This document shows positions 30,122 to 39,410 of a stretch of DNA of 64,000 nt, piece after piece. Made by a program: the position numbers and the translations under genes. The notes under the pieces were generated by a model, which searched no databases, was not told the origin of the DNA, and saw only the letters and a program-made list of their open reading frames with translations. Position 1 is the first letter of the stretch. Every line of letters begins with the position of its first letter. The stretch is from Alphaproteobacteria bacterium (GTDB lineage Bacteria; Pseudomonadota; Alphaproteobacteria; GCA-2731375), in NCBI GenBank assembly GCA_965225945.1, contig CBDDBZ010000038.1, positions 224,001 through 288,000 on the forward strand, written 5' to 3'.

Positions 30122-31196
30122 GCAGGGTCTCGGCCTCGCCCAGCGCCTCGGGGTGCCGCCCGAGCGCTTCCAGCGTCGGCTCGATCTGTCGCTTGTCGTT
30201 GGGGGCCTGGACCACATCGTTGGTGACCACCAGCAGGCTGTCGACCGCCACCGTGGCCTGGGCGTTGTAAGACTGTTCGAAGCCACCGCCGGCCACCGGC
30301 ATGATGCGCGAGTCCGCGTCCGTCAGGTTGACTTGGTCCTTCGGCCCGGGCCCGGCCACCGGCGGCTTGGGGGGACGGCCGCCCGGCTTGCGGCCCGTCT
30401 TCTCGGCCTTCTCCTCGCGCGCCTGGAGCTTCGCCTCGTACTCGGCCCGTTCCCGCTCATGGCGTTCGCGGGCCCGCGCCTCGATCACCGCCTTGGCCTC
30501 GGCGATGCGGGCCAGACGATCCTCGCGCCGCGCCTGTTCCTCGGGCACAGACATCCCGTCGGGCACATCCACCCCATCGGCGGCCTCCGCCAGCGCCATC
30601 AGCTCCGCCACCTCGGCCTTCAAGCGGGCTTCGAGCTCGCAGGCATGTTTCCACGACAGCGCGCTGTGCTTGCTCGCGTTGGCATGCACCTTGGTGCCGT
30701 CCAGCGCCACCGTGCCGAGCTTCAGCATCCCGGTTTCCCGAGCCAGCATCAGCACCTCGACGAACAGCCCTTCGATCGAACCGAGAAAACGCCGACGGAA
30801 GCTGGCGATGGTGTCGTGGTCGGGATGATCGTTGGCGGCGATGAAGCGGAAGGCCACCGAATCATAGCTCGCCCGCTCCAGCTTGCGGCTCGAAAACACC
30901 CCCGTGGCATAGCCGTAGACCAGAAGCCCCAGCAGCACGCTCGGGTGATAGAACGCCGAGCCCGAGCCGCGATAGGCCTTCACGAACGCCGAGAGGTCCA
31001 GATGATCGATCACCTCGACCACGAAGCGCGCCAGATGCCGCTCGGGAAGCCATTCGTCCACCGACGGCGGCAGCAAAAACCCGGTCTCGCGATCAACCGG
31101 TCGGAAGTTGCTCATAACGAATCCCATCACTCGAGAGCGAATCACCCGAGACCGTGGAATCCCATCTCGACCCTCGGCTCAAGTCCGACAGGCTGC
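30122..31196 (-). pseudogene. IS1182-family element, 3' truncated by IS630
   Basis: LLPPSVDEWLP, SSRKLE, PDHDTI, DGTK and NLTDADSR motifs; left IR gcagcctgtcggactt at 31181-31196; start at 31115. Confidence 0.88.
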
Positions 31197-31239
31197 TAGA
31201 CTGGAGCCACGGCTGATTCATTGGGAAAGGAAGCAGCGG

Positions 31240-32508
31240 ATGAACATAGATCGGTTCGGCAATGCCCATGCTCCGGGGTTGCCCTATGCCCATGGCGGCA
31301 TCATTCAGGATAGCCGCGACGATCACCGCAAGCTGCGACAGGCATGGCGGCATATCAGAGCGCGGGAGAAGAGCCACGGACTGGATGCGATCTATAACCT
31401 CTCCGGCCTGGACAGGCGCTATGAGGCCGCACCCGAAACCTTTCCTCTGATGGATGATGAACTGGCACCGGCACTGATGGGCGGGCGGCTTGAAGAACTG
31501 GCGCTGGATCATTTAGGCGGCGATCCGGCGTCAGACGCGATCATGGTTTTCAATCGTCAGACCGCTGCCATCCTGACTGCGACTCTGACGCTGGTGAATC
31601 CGGGCCAAACAGTGATCGGTGCGTCGCCCACTGGTAGTCACCCCTGCGTCGTCCGGGCAGCAAAACGCGCCGGTGCTGTGTTCATCGACACCTTGGGCTT
31701 GGCGGACTTCGAGAAAGCCTTCGCGGACGCCGAAGACGTCGCCCTGGTCTCCCTGACCCGCTTGGCCGTGAGCTATGAAATCTTCAGCCTCCGCGAGATC
31801 GAAAAAATCGTCACCCTGGCCCATGACAAGGGGGCCCGCGTGTTGGTGGACGATGCCGGAGGTGCTCGTGTCGGACCAGCAATATTCGATCAGCCAAAGA
31901 TGTTGGAACTGGGCGTCGATGTGGGTTCCACAGGGCTTGATAAATACGGCACGATTGGCCCCCGCGTTGGCCTCATGGGTGGGCAGCGGGAACTGGTCGA
32001 AAAAATTCGGGCGCTGGCATTTGAGCTTGGCGTCGAGGCGCGGCCGATGATCTTTCCCGCTATCGTCCACTCGCTGGAACAGTATGATCCGGCCCGAGTG
32101 CGTGAACTGGCGGACACTACCAAGGACGTCATTGCTGCGGTTAAAAAACGCCTCGGCAACCGTGTCACGGAAACGCCTGTGATCGCCCGCCTGGAGGGCG
32201 AGGACACTCTAGAAATCGCCATCGAACGCGCAGGGCTCAAAGATCGTCCCTCCATTGTACCGATCGAGGCGACGGCAGCACTTTCCATGCTGTTGCTCCG
32301 CGATCATGGCGTCATGACGGTGCATTTCGCGGGCCTCCCGCCGGGCACGTCGGCAATGTTGATAAAGTTCGTGGTGCCGGAAACGCTGCAACGCTTCGGC
32401 GGCGCGGAAAAGCTGGCGGATGCTATCGATGGATCGTTGGATGCGCTGGCCGGCGTCATTGGCGATGAAATTGCCTTCCGGGAGTTGCTGTATGGCGAGG
32501 TGAACTAG
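31240..32508 (+). CDS. PLP-dependent SelA-like protein (UPF0425-type)
   Basis: NRQTAA, SHP, VDDAGGAR and STGLDKYG..GPRVGL (PLP lysine) motifs. Confidence 0.75.
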   Translation: MNIDRFGNAHAPGLPYAHGGIIQDSRDDHRKLRQAWRHIRAREKSHGLDAIYNLSGLDRRYEAAPETFPLMDDELAPALMGGRLEELALDHLGGDPASDAIMVFNRQTAAILTATLTLVNPGQTVIGASPTGSHPCVVRAAKRAGAVFIDTLGLADFEKAFADAEDVALVSLTRLAVSYEIFSLREIEKIVTLAHDKGARVLVDDAGGARVGPAIFDQPKMLELGVDVGSTGLDKYGTIGPRVGLMGGQRELVEKIRALAFELGVEARPMIFPAIVHSLEQYDPARVRELADTTKDVIAAVKKRLGNRVTETPVIARLEGEDTLEIAIERAGLKDRPSIVPIEATAALSMLLLRDHGVMTVHFAGLPPGTSAMLIKFVVPETLQRFGGAEKLADAIDGSLDALAGVIGDEIAFRELLYGEVN

Positions 32509-32556
32509 ATACGATTGGTGAGCACCATTCCATGCCTTATCGGCGTCATTCCGCCG

Positions 32557-32584
32557 CCAGTTGCTTGTCCTCCGGAAGTGACAT
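32557..32584 (-). repeat. Possible single site of the repeat family
   Basis: ttgcttg-TCCTCC-ggaagtgacat; same core as at ~35342. Confidence 0.4.
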
Positions 32585-32722
32585 GTAGTGGCGGGAGATT
32601 TCGCCGGGGTGGTCAGCCAAATTTCGTTCCGAACGTCCTTAGGAGAGAAGCCCTAAAAAGCGCGCGCGCGCGAGGACATCGCCTTTTGGGGTTTTCTTCC
32701 AGCGATTTAGCCCGATCTAGCC

Positions 32723-33271
32723 ATGCTGAAACCGGTTCGCCGCATCGTCACCGGCCACGACGAGGCTGGCCGCTCGATAATCGTCTCCGATCAAACTTCG
32801 CCGCACGTGTTGGAGAACCCGGTCCGCCCGGGCCGTGGCCTGACCGATCTCTGGCGCACCGACCAGACGCCGGCGACAAACGCCGGCGGTGACGACGCGG
32901 CCGCCTGGCCGGTGATCCTGAACCCGCCCGAAGCGGGCAGCGTCTTCCGCTTCTTCCAGCTCAACCCGGGAGCGGACGAGGCCGGGCTGACGGAGTCGGA
33001 GCGCGAGGCTCGCTACGCCCAGGCCTTTGCCGCCATGGGCGCCAGCGCCGACCGCCACGACACCAACCGCCATCCTGGCATGCACCAGACCCGGACGGTG
33101 GACTACATCATCCTGCTCGAAGGCGAGGTGACGTTGGTGCTGGACGAGGCCGAGGTCGAACTCAGGCCCTTCAACGTGGTGGTTCAGCGTGGCACCAACC
33201 ACGCCTGGATCAACAAGGGCCAGACACCGGCGCTGCTGGCCGGGATCCTGATCGACGCCGAACCGCTCTAG
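32723..33271 (+). CDS. Cupin-domain protein
   Basis: RRIVTGHD, MHQTRTVDY and VVQRGTNHAW motifs. Confidence 0.9.
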   Translation: MLKPVRRIVTGHDEAGRSIIVSDQTSPHVLENPVRPGRGLTDLWRTDQTPATNAGGDDAAAWPVILNPPEAGSVFRFFQLNPGADEAGLTESEREARYAQAFAAMGASADRHDTNRHPGMHQTRTVDYIILLEGEVTLVLDEAEVELRPFNVVVQRGTNHAWINKGQTPALLAGILIDAEPL

Positions 33272-33378
33272 GCTCCGCCGATGGCACCCGCGCCGAGATG
33301 CCGCCAGATCGACCGGGCTTGGCGGGTGACGGCGGCCAGTGTCGGGAGGAGCGTGAGCAGGAGGGCCTGGCGGAGCAT
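33272..33378 (-). pseudogene. Thermonuclease 5' fragment F3
   Basis: MLRQALLLTLLPTLAAVT..; upstream DNA homologous to F1 and F4. Confidence 0.7.
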
Positions 33379-33430
33379 GGTGGAGGGTGTAGCAGGGCGA
33401 GGTTGGCACGCATGCGATGGCATCGATCGG

Positions 33431-33529
33431 CCGAATGTCGGCTTCGCTCGGATCACGTCCGATGTACCCCCAATATTCCCCGTAATATTAGCTGATGCCG
33501 AACGGAGAATCATGACCCGACCCGGACAT
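33431..33529 (-). repeat. Modular repeat unit S5
   Basis: Reverse complement: atgtccgggtc-GGGTCA|tgattctccgttcggcatcagCTAAT-attacggggaatat-TGGGGGTA-catcggacgt-gatccgagc-gaagccgacattcgg. Confidence 0.85.
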
Positions 33530-33554
33530 CGCCGGAGTAAGCTAGACTGGCGAT

Positions 33555-34442
33555 ATGAGCGAGCGAATTATTCATACAACGAAGATTGATGGGGGCGATC
33601 GTCTATCCACGGATGATAAACCCAATTTACGTTTTCCATGGTGGAGCTTCACGAAAACCGCGCTGTCCGCTTGTGCACTTCAGTTGGTTGCCCAAGACCG
33701 TGTGAAACTAAACGATCCTTTGCCCGGCAATCCCTACACGCTCCGCCAGCTGTTGCAACATACCGCCGGCGTCCCGAACTACGGCCCGCTCGCGTCCTAT
33801 CACGATGCCGTGGCAAGAGGCGATGAACCTTGGACGGTGGATGAATTGCTCGAAAGAGTCGGCGCTGACCAACTCGATTTCGCACCGGGTCAGGGTTGGG
33901 CTTACTCAAATGTCGGCTACCTATTCGTACGTCAGCTCATCGAGGAAACATCGGGCTCGGATTTGGCCACCGTCTTGCGAAAGCTAGTCTTCGATCCGCT
34001 CGATCTTCGCTCGATAGCGTTGGCGACGAAGCCCACCGATCTCGATGGCACAGCTTGGGGGAACCAGGATCGATATCATCCGGGATGGGTCTTTCATGGC
34101 CTTCTCATCGGCACTGCAATGGATGCTGCGTGCCTTCTGGATGGACTTATGTCGGGTCGTCTGCTGCCGCCAGACCTCCTGGACATCATGAAATCCCGGC
34201 ATCCTCTCGGCGGCCCTATACCTGGACGCCCCTGGGAAACAACAGGGTATGGGCTTGGGTTGATGACTGGCCAAATGTCGATAGCTGGCCCGGCCATCGG
34301 TCATTCAGGTATCGGGCCTGGTAGTGTGAGCGCCGTCTACCACTTTCCCGAACGCAACCCATCCTGCACGGTCGCCGCATTTGCGCAGGGCGATGACGAA
34401 GGTGTCAACGAGCATGAAGTGGTTCGCCTAGCTACTCAATAA
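33555..34442 (+). CDS. Serine hydrolase, beta-lactamase class C/PBP-like
   Basis: SFTK (SxxK), LLQHTAG, YSN and GHSG motifs. Confidence 0.88.
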   Translation: MSERIIHTTKIDGGDRLSTDDKPNLRFPWWSFTKTALSACALQLVAQDRVKLNDPLPGNPYTLRQLLQHTAGVPNYGPLASYHDAVARGDEPWTVDELLERVGADQLDFAPGQGWAYSNVGYLFVRQLIEETSGSDLATVLRKLVFDPLDLRSIALATKPTDLDGTAWGNQDRYHPGWVFHGLLIGTAMDAACLLDGLMSGRLLPPDLLDIMKSRHPLGGPIPGRPWETTGYGLGLMTGQMSIAGPAIGHSGIGPGSVSAVYHFPERNPSCTVAAFAQGDDEGVNEHEVVRLATQ

Positions 34443-34520
34443 CGGCAGCTTTTGGCTACCAATCGCCTAAGCGGCCATGTCGACCTGACGGTGACTATAC
34501 CCCTAATTCCGGAAAGTCGG
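34441..34520 (-). repeat. Modular repeat unit S6
   Basis: Reverse complement: actttccggaatt-AGGGGTA-tagtcaccgtc..ggccgcttaggcgattgg-TAGCCA|aaagctgccgtt; shares 24 bp exactly with S8. Confidence 0.85.
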
Positions 34521-34554
34521 AGTAAGATCCGCTGGGCAAAGGCGCGAGGGCGGC

Positions 34555-34737
34555 ATGGAAGACGGCGAGCTGATCGGATCGAAGGAAGCAGCGCTTATCG
34601 TCGCGCCGGACGGGGAAGTGCGACTAGTACTGCCAGAGAGCGACGGGGTAAACGACCGCGTGGCACTGCTGGCGCTGGTCGCGGCGCGGTTCGAAGATCC
34701 GAAGTGGGTGGCCAGAATGCTTGTCGAGTATCGGTGA
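34555..34737 (+). CDS. Small hypothetical protein
   Basis: 60-aa ORF with RBS-like GAGG directly after S6. Confidence 0.45.
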   Translation: MEDGELIGSKEAALIVAPDGEVRLVLPESDGVNDRVALLALVAARFEDPKWVARMLVEYR

Positions 34738-34799
34738 TGGATCAGGCTTCAGAGATACCGGGCCTCTTTGCGTTTTGGAGAGCCGCCGACAGCATCACG

Positions 34800-34960
34800 A
34801 GGCGATCTGAGGTTTGGCTGTCAGGTGCGCCGTCTCAGGCTCTACGCCTCGGTTTTGGCCGGAAGGGGACATGCCGGGCCGGAAGCAAACGAGACGAACG
34901 ACGGTGAAGACTATACGGCGATCCAGCGGCTGACTTTCGCGCACGGTCTGTCAGCGCGAG
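34800..34960 (+). pseudogene. 5' remnant of a second IS21-type istA
   Basis: Homologous to 58170-58295 (MPGRKQTRRT..). Confidence 0.55.
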
Positions 34961-35035
34961 GTGGTGGAGGGGTCGAAAGTCCCGGATCATCAGTTGCCGA
35001 GGATAGATTCCCTTTTTGATTGGAGGAGAAGAATC

Positions 35036-35296
35036 ATGAGCCAGAGGCGAAAGCCGGATGCGCGCGACCCCATCGACTGGGATGTGCCCGACTGGGTCGA
35101 CCCAACATTTGATCGTACGACCCCGTATACCGAGGATGAGTTGGATGCCTTGGTGGACGGCACGCTGGAAGCCATTCGAGACACGGCGTCTTGGGCGAGC
35201 TTGGTCGATCGCGTAGGGGATGAAGAGGCCCGGCGCGTACTTCGCGCCAGGCTGATCATGCGGGACGAGAATGCCAGACGGCAGTCGCGGCACTGA
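35036..35296 (+). CDS. Hypothetical protein
   Basis: GGAGGAG RBS then MSQRRKPDARDP.. Confidence 0.55.
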   Translation: MSQRRKPDARDPIDWDVPDWVDPTFDRTTPYTEDELDALVDGTLEAIRDTASWASLVDRVGDEEARRVLRARLIMRDENARRQSRH

Positions 35297-35322
35297 GGGA
35301 GGACAGTTCAGCTGTGGCTCCA

Positions 35323-35394
35323 ACCCCTCGATATCGTATTTTCCTCCAGGTACAGGCATGATATCAGTAGATACTGATTTACTGCACTTGACCA
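35323..35394 (-). repeat. Modular repeat unit S6b, cut by IS4
   Basis: Reverse complement: TGGTCA|agtgcagtaaatcagtatctaCTGAT-atcatgcctgtacc-TGGAGGAA-aatacgatat. Confidence 0.75.
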
Positions 35395-36613
35395 TGGTAC
35401 ACGACGGCATTTACGTAGGACGTTGAAAAGGTTGTAGGATTCCCGATTCACTCCACGACGAGTCAAGAGGGAAATCATGCGAGACAACCCGATCAACGCC
35501 CTGCGTGAGACGCTACGATGCGGCTTCGCCTTTCGCAAGAGCCGTCTGGAGAGCCTTTGCGTCTTGGTCTTCGGCGTGTTCGTCGCCCGGACGGTGAACC
35601 TCTCTCACTTGGCCTGCCACTTTCCGGGGCGCGCGCGATCCAGCTCCAACTATCGGCGCCTGCAACGGTTTTTCGAGCAAGTCGATTTCGATTACGATCG
35701 CCTCGCCGAGTTCCTGGTCGCGATGATGGGGCTCCAGGCGGGGCCGTGGCGGCTGACCATGGACCGGACCAACTGGCGGCTGGGTCGCCGCGACGTCAAC
35801 ATCTTGATGATCGGCATCGTCAACCGCGCCATCGCCATTCCCGTGTGCTGGCGGGTGCTCGACAAGGCGGGCAATTCCAATACCAAGGAGCGGATCGCGA
35901 TCCTCGAACACGTCCTCCGGCTCTTCGGGGTCGACAAGATCGCCAGCCTCCTGGCCGACCGGGAATTCATCGGCGACGCCTGGCTGGCATGGTTGCAGGA
36001 AAAGGCCATCCCCTTTCACATCCGCATCCGATCCAACATCAAGATCGCCAACACGCGTGGTCGCATGGTCAAGGCGAGGGAGCTGTTTCGCGACCTCAAA
36101 CCCGGGGAAAGCCGCATCCTCTCCAACGCCAGGCGCCTCTCGGAGGCCAGAAAACCCAAGGCCAGGCCCGTCTTCGTCGCCGCGCTCCATCTCAAGACCG
36201 GCGAACTGTTGATCGTCGTGACCAACGACGCGCCCGAGGAGGCCTTGGCCATCTACGCCCAGCGCTGGCAAATCGAGACCCTCTTCGCCGCCTTGAAAAC
36301 CCGTGGCTTCAACCTCGAAGACACCCACATGACCGACCCGGAGCGCATCTCCAAGCTCACCGCCGTCCTTTCCATCACCTTCTGCTGGGCGCACAAAGTC
36401 GGCGATTGGCTCCACGAGGCCGAGCCGATCCGCCTCAAAACCCACAAAAGGATGGCAAAATCCATCTTCCGATACGGTTTCGAGTGGATAAGGCGACAGC
36501 TCGTCAATCCTATCGACAGGCGTCAAGCCATTGAGCTGATTCGTTTCCTCGTCCCCGGAAAACCACCAGTCCAGGTGCCCAGGCCAAAGCCAGCATGAAC
36601 GAGTCGTGTACTG
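35395..36613 (+). mobile_element. IS4-family (IS10-group-like) element
   Basis: IR core gtacacgac / gtcgtgtac; no TSD seen. Confidence 0.85.
35477..36598 (+). CDS. IS4-family transposase
   Basis: MDRTNW, LADREF and YAQRWQIETLFAALK motifs. Confidence 0.92.
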   Translation: MRDNPINALRETLRCGFAFRKSRLESLCVLVFGVFVARTVNLSHLACHFPGRARSSSNYRRLQRFFEQVDFDYDRLAEFLVAMMGLQAGPWRLTMDRTNWRLGRRDVNILMIGIVNRAIAIPVCWRVLDKAGNSNTKERIAILEHVLRLFGVDKIASLLADREFIGDAWLAWLQEKAIPFHIRIRSNIKIANTRGRMVKARELFRDLKPGESRILSNARRLSEARKPKARPVFVAALHLKTGELLIVVTNDAPEEALAIYAQRWQIETLFAALKTRGFNLEDTHMTDPERISKLTAVLSITFCWAHKVGDWLHEAEPIRLKTHKRMAKSIFRYGFEWIRRQLVNPIDRRQAIELIRFLVPGKPPVQVPRPKPA

Positions 36614-36649
36614 TGAGAATTTACATCTTCTCTGACATAGAGTCCTTGA

Positions 36650-37834
36650 ATGGCAACTCTTGAAAACTGTCCTGTTTGCGGCAACAAGACATCGTCAAAT
36701 GCGGAACAATGTCCAAGTTGCGGAGAGCCGCTTGGGGAGGGGTGGGCCGAAAAACTATCTACGGACAAAAAGGTTAAGAAAGGCCGAGAGAAGAAGAAAA
36801 AGGGACGTGCCTTTTGGGTTGTAGTGGCAATTTTTCTTCTGCCGTTTTTCCTTCTTACCTTTTTCTCTGGGGAACCGGAATCCGTACGGGAAGCGCCTAT
36901 CAAGGAGAAGGCTGAATTGCCTACTTCGAAAGATCCCGCTAACGGATCATTGGCTCGAGAAACACCAAAGAAAGACACGATATTTACAAATACCCCAGAG
37001 AGAGAAAATCCGTCGAAGAACAGTTCCGGAAGTGAATCGAAGGAGCCAAAACCACATATTCAGCAGGCGGTGGTTCGAAAGAATAACCCCTCAAGTCAAG
37101 CCAAGTCGCGTCAAAATATCTTCAAGTGGGTCGCATCTAGTCGCGGCGCAAGCATCTATTCGAAACCAAGCCAAACGAGTTTGATAATCGGAAAGGTTTT
37201 AGCAGGAAAAGAAGTCCATGCTACAGCGCTTTCCGGCATATGGGTTGAAGCAGTGTTTGAGTCGGGAGCGAATGGTTGGTTGATGGCAGGAGATCTATGG
37301 CGGGAACGTGACGATGGAAGCCCACCTTATACCATCGTTCGAAGCGACTCTCTACATCCGCACAAGCTCAGTTATGATATCGGATTGGACAAAAAGGCAA
37401 CGGAGTCTCAGTTGCGTGGGATAGCTCAAGAGCTTTACAAGTTTTCTTCAGGATCGAAATTTGATCGTGTATTTATTGTGTATCTCCTTAGAGATACCTC
37501 CCCGGCTTCTGGTGCATGGGCGACCTCACATTTCAACCCAAATCTAGACGTCCGAATTTCAGGTGCAACGATTGAACAAGACAAAAAGTTTGAGACCGCT
37601 GCCAAATCGGTTCCCGGAACTCTTGTTGGAGCTTGGCAGAATGACGGAATCATATCCATACACATCACGATCTACCGAGAGTCGAGTGCCGTACATATGA
37701 TACAGCAATACAACGATGGCGGCAGCAGAAAGTCACGAATGAAGGAGAGAAAGACCGCCCGCGGTTTACGATTTGATTACGTCGGCGGTGCTACTGCTGG
37801 CGATCATTATGTTTTGCTAAAGTCAGGCTACTAG
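36650..37834 (+). CDS. Hypothetical membrane protein (Zn ribbon, TM helix, SH3-like domain)
   Basis: CPVC..CPSCG, a hydrophobic segment, IYSKPS..IIGKV..W..NGW; clearly lower GC. Confidence 0.65.
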   Translation: MATLENCPVCGNKTSSNAEQCPSCGEPLGEGWAEKLSTDKKVKKGREKKKKGRAFWVVVAIFLLPFFLLTFFSGEPESVREAPIKEKAELPTSKDPANGSLARETPKKDTIFTNTPERENPSKNSSGSESKEPKPHIQQAVVRKNNPSSQAKSRQNIFKWVASSRGASIYSKPSQTSLIIGKVLAGKEVHATALSGIWVEAVFESGANGWLMAGDLWRERDDGSPPYTIVRSDSLHPHKLSYDIGLDKKATESQLRGIAQELYKFSSGSKFDRVFIVYLLRDTSPASGAWATSHFNPNLDVRISGATIEQDKKFETAAKSVPGTLVGAWQNDGIISIHITIYRESSAVHMIQQYNDGGSRKSRMKERKTARGLRFDYVGGATAGDHYVLLKSGY

Positions 37835-37953
37835 AAATCAGAGACGATGAAGGACTAATTTCGACTGCTCGGCGATTGAGGTAAACCGAACGGACAACCG
37901 CATTGCATCGAGAATAGGGGTGCGTCGCCGTACCCAAACTACAGAGAGAGAGA

Positions 37954-38028
37954 GGGTCACCAGTCGCCGATTAACGCTCGCTAGTGTTACGGGGAATCTA
38001 GGGGCAACACTGGACGGACATCGGACAT
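37954..38028 (+). repeat. Modular repeat unit S7
   Basis: GGGTCA|ccagtcgccgattaacgctcgCTAGT-gttacggggaatct-AGGGGCA-acactggacgg. Confidence 0.75.
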
Positions 38029-38143
38029 CGGCGGCTCCCCTGTCCCACGGGCCAACGACCGGCTCGCCACGCGGGCCATAGCAAGGACGAGTGCAACGCG
38101 GGCGCCGAGTGGTCCGCCTTGGAGCGGCATCCGCCCAGGGTGG

Positions 38144-38237
38144 CGGTGCCGGCACCGAACGATTCTGTTCCTATCTATCCCCCTACCGTCCTTCCCCTCT
38201 CCCCAGTAGGAGCAACAATACTCCGGTGCCGGCACCG
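38144..38237. repeat. Two 14-bp palindromes (cggtgccggcaccg) around a pyrimidine-rich core, origin-like
   Basis: Palindromes at 38144-38157 and 38224-38237; homologous to 8272-8375. Confidence 0.6.
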
Positions 38238-38240
38238 CTA

Positions 38241-39377
38241 GTGTTCCAATCCTAACAAAAGTTTCCCAAAGGGCTTGCGTTCTGCGATTCTGGGGGAATG
38301 ACGAAGACATTGGCATGCATCTGGCTGTCTCCCGCGGAGCGGGTGACGCTGGAAGGGTTGGTTTCTGGGCGGAACACGCCGCAGAAGCTGGTTTGGCGGG
38401 CACGGATAGTGTTGCTGTCGGCTGACGGGATCGGCACGATGACGATCGTCCGGTTGGTCGGCAAAAGTAAGGTGACGGTGTGGCGCTGGCAGGAGCGCTA
38501 CCTTGCCAAAGGCATCGCCGGACTGCGCCGCGATGCGACGCGACCGGGACGCAAGCCGCCGCTGAGCGCCGAGGTGATCGAGCGGGTTGTGCATAAGACC
38601 TTGCACGAGACGCCGGAGGCGGCGACGCATTGGAGCATCCGCAAGATGGCCCGTGCCGTCGGCCTCAGCTACACCAGCGTGCAGCGGATCTGGAAGGCGC
38701 ACGGCCTCAAGCCGCACCTGGTGAAGACCTTCAAGCTGTCGAATGACGAGCACTTCGTCGAGAAGGTGCGCGATATCGTCGGTCTCTATCTCGATCCGCC
38801 GGACAAGGCGCTGGTTCTCTCGGTCGACGAGAAGAGCCAGATCCAGGCGCTCGACCGCACACAGCCCGGCTTGCCGATCAAGAAGGGCCGAGCCGGCACC
38901 ATGACGCATGACTACAAGCGCCACGGCACGACGACATTGTTCGCCGCGCTCGACGTCGCCACCGGCAAGGTCATCGGCCACTGCATGAAGCGGCACCGCC
39001 ATCAGGAATGGCTGAAATTCCTGCGCCGTATCGACGCCGAGACGCCCAAGAAGCTCGACCTGCATCTGATCGCCGACAACTACGCCACCCACAAGCATCC
39101 CAAGGTCAAGGCGTGGTTGGCAAAACATCCTCGCTTCCATATGCACTTCACTCCGACATCCGCCTCCTGGCTCAGCCAGGTCGAACGCTTCTTCGGCCTG
39201 ATCACCAGCGATCAAATCCGTTGCGGCGTGTTCAAGAGCGTCGCCGAACTCGAAACAGCCATTCAGGAATACCTCGAGCACCACAGTGCCGATCCAAAAC
39301 CCTTCGTATGGACCGCTTCCGCCACCGCCATACTCGAAAAAGTCGCTCGTGGGCGACAGGCGCTAGAGTCGGTACAC
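38241..39377 (+). mobile_element. IS630-family element (distinct from the one at 28941)
   Basis: CTAG/TA at both ends. Confidence 0.9.
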
Positions 39378-39380
39378 TAG
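38298..39380 (+). CDS. IS630 transposase
   Basis: [19 protein letters not shown] and WLSQVERFF motifs. Confidence 0.95.
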   Translation: MTKTLACIWLSPAERVTLEGLVSGRNTPQKLVWRARIVLLSADGIGTMTIVRLVGKSKVTVWRWQERYLAKGIAGLRRDATRPGRKPPLSAEVIERVVHKTLHETPEAATHWSIRKMARAVGLSYTSVQRIWKAHGLKPHLVKTFKLSNDEHFVEKVRDIVGLYLDPPDKALVLSVDEKSQIQALDRTQPGLPIKKGRAGTMTHDYKRHGTTTLFAALDVATGKVIGHCMKRHRHQEWLKFLRRIDAETPKKLDLHLIADNYATHKHPKVKAWLAKHPRFHMHFTPTSASWLSQVERFFGLITSDQIRCGVFKSVAELETAIQEYLEHHSADPKPFVWTASATAILEKVARGRQALESVH

Positions 39381-39410
39381 CGCAGGGAAGAGATCGGGGA
39401 GGGGACGGCG

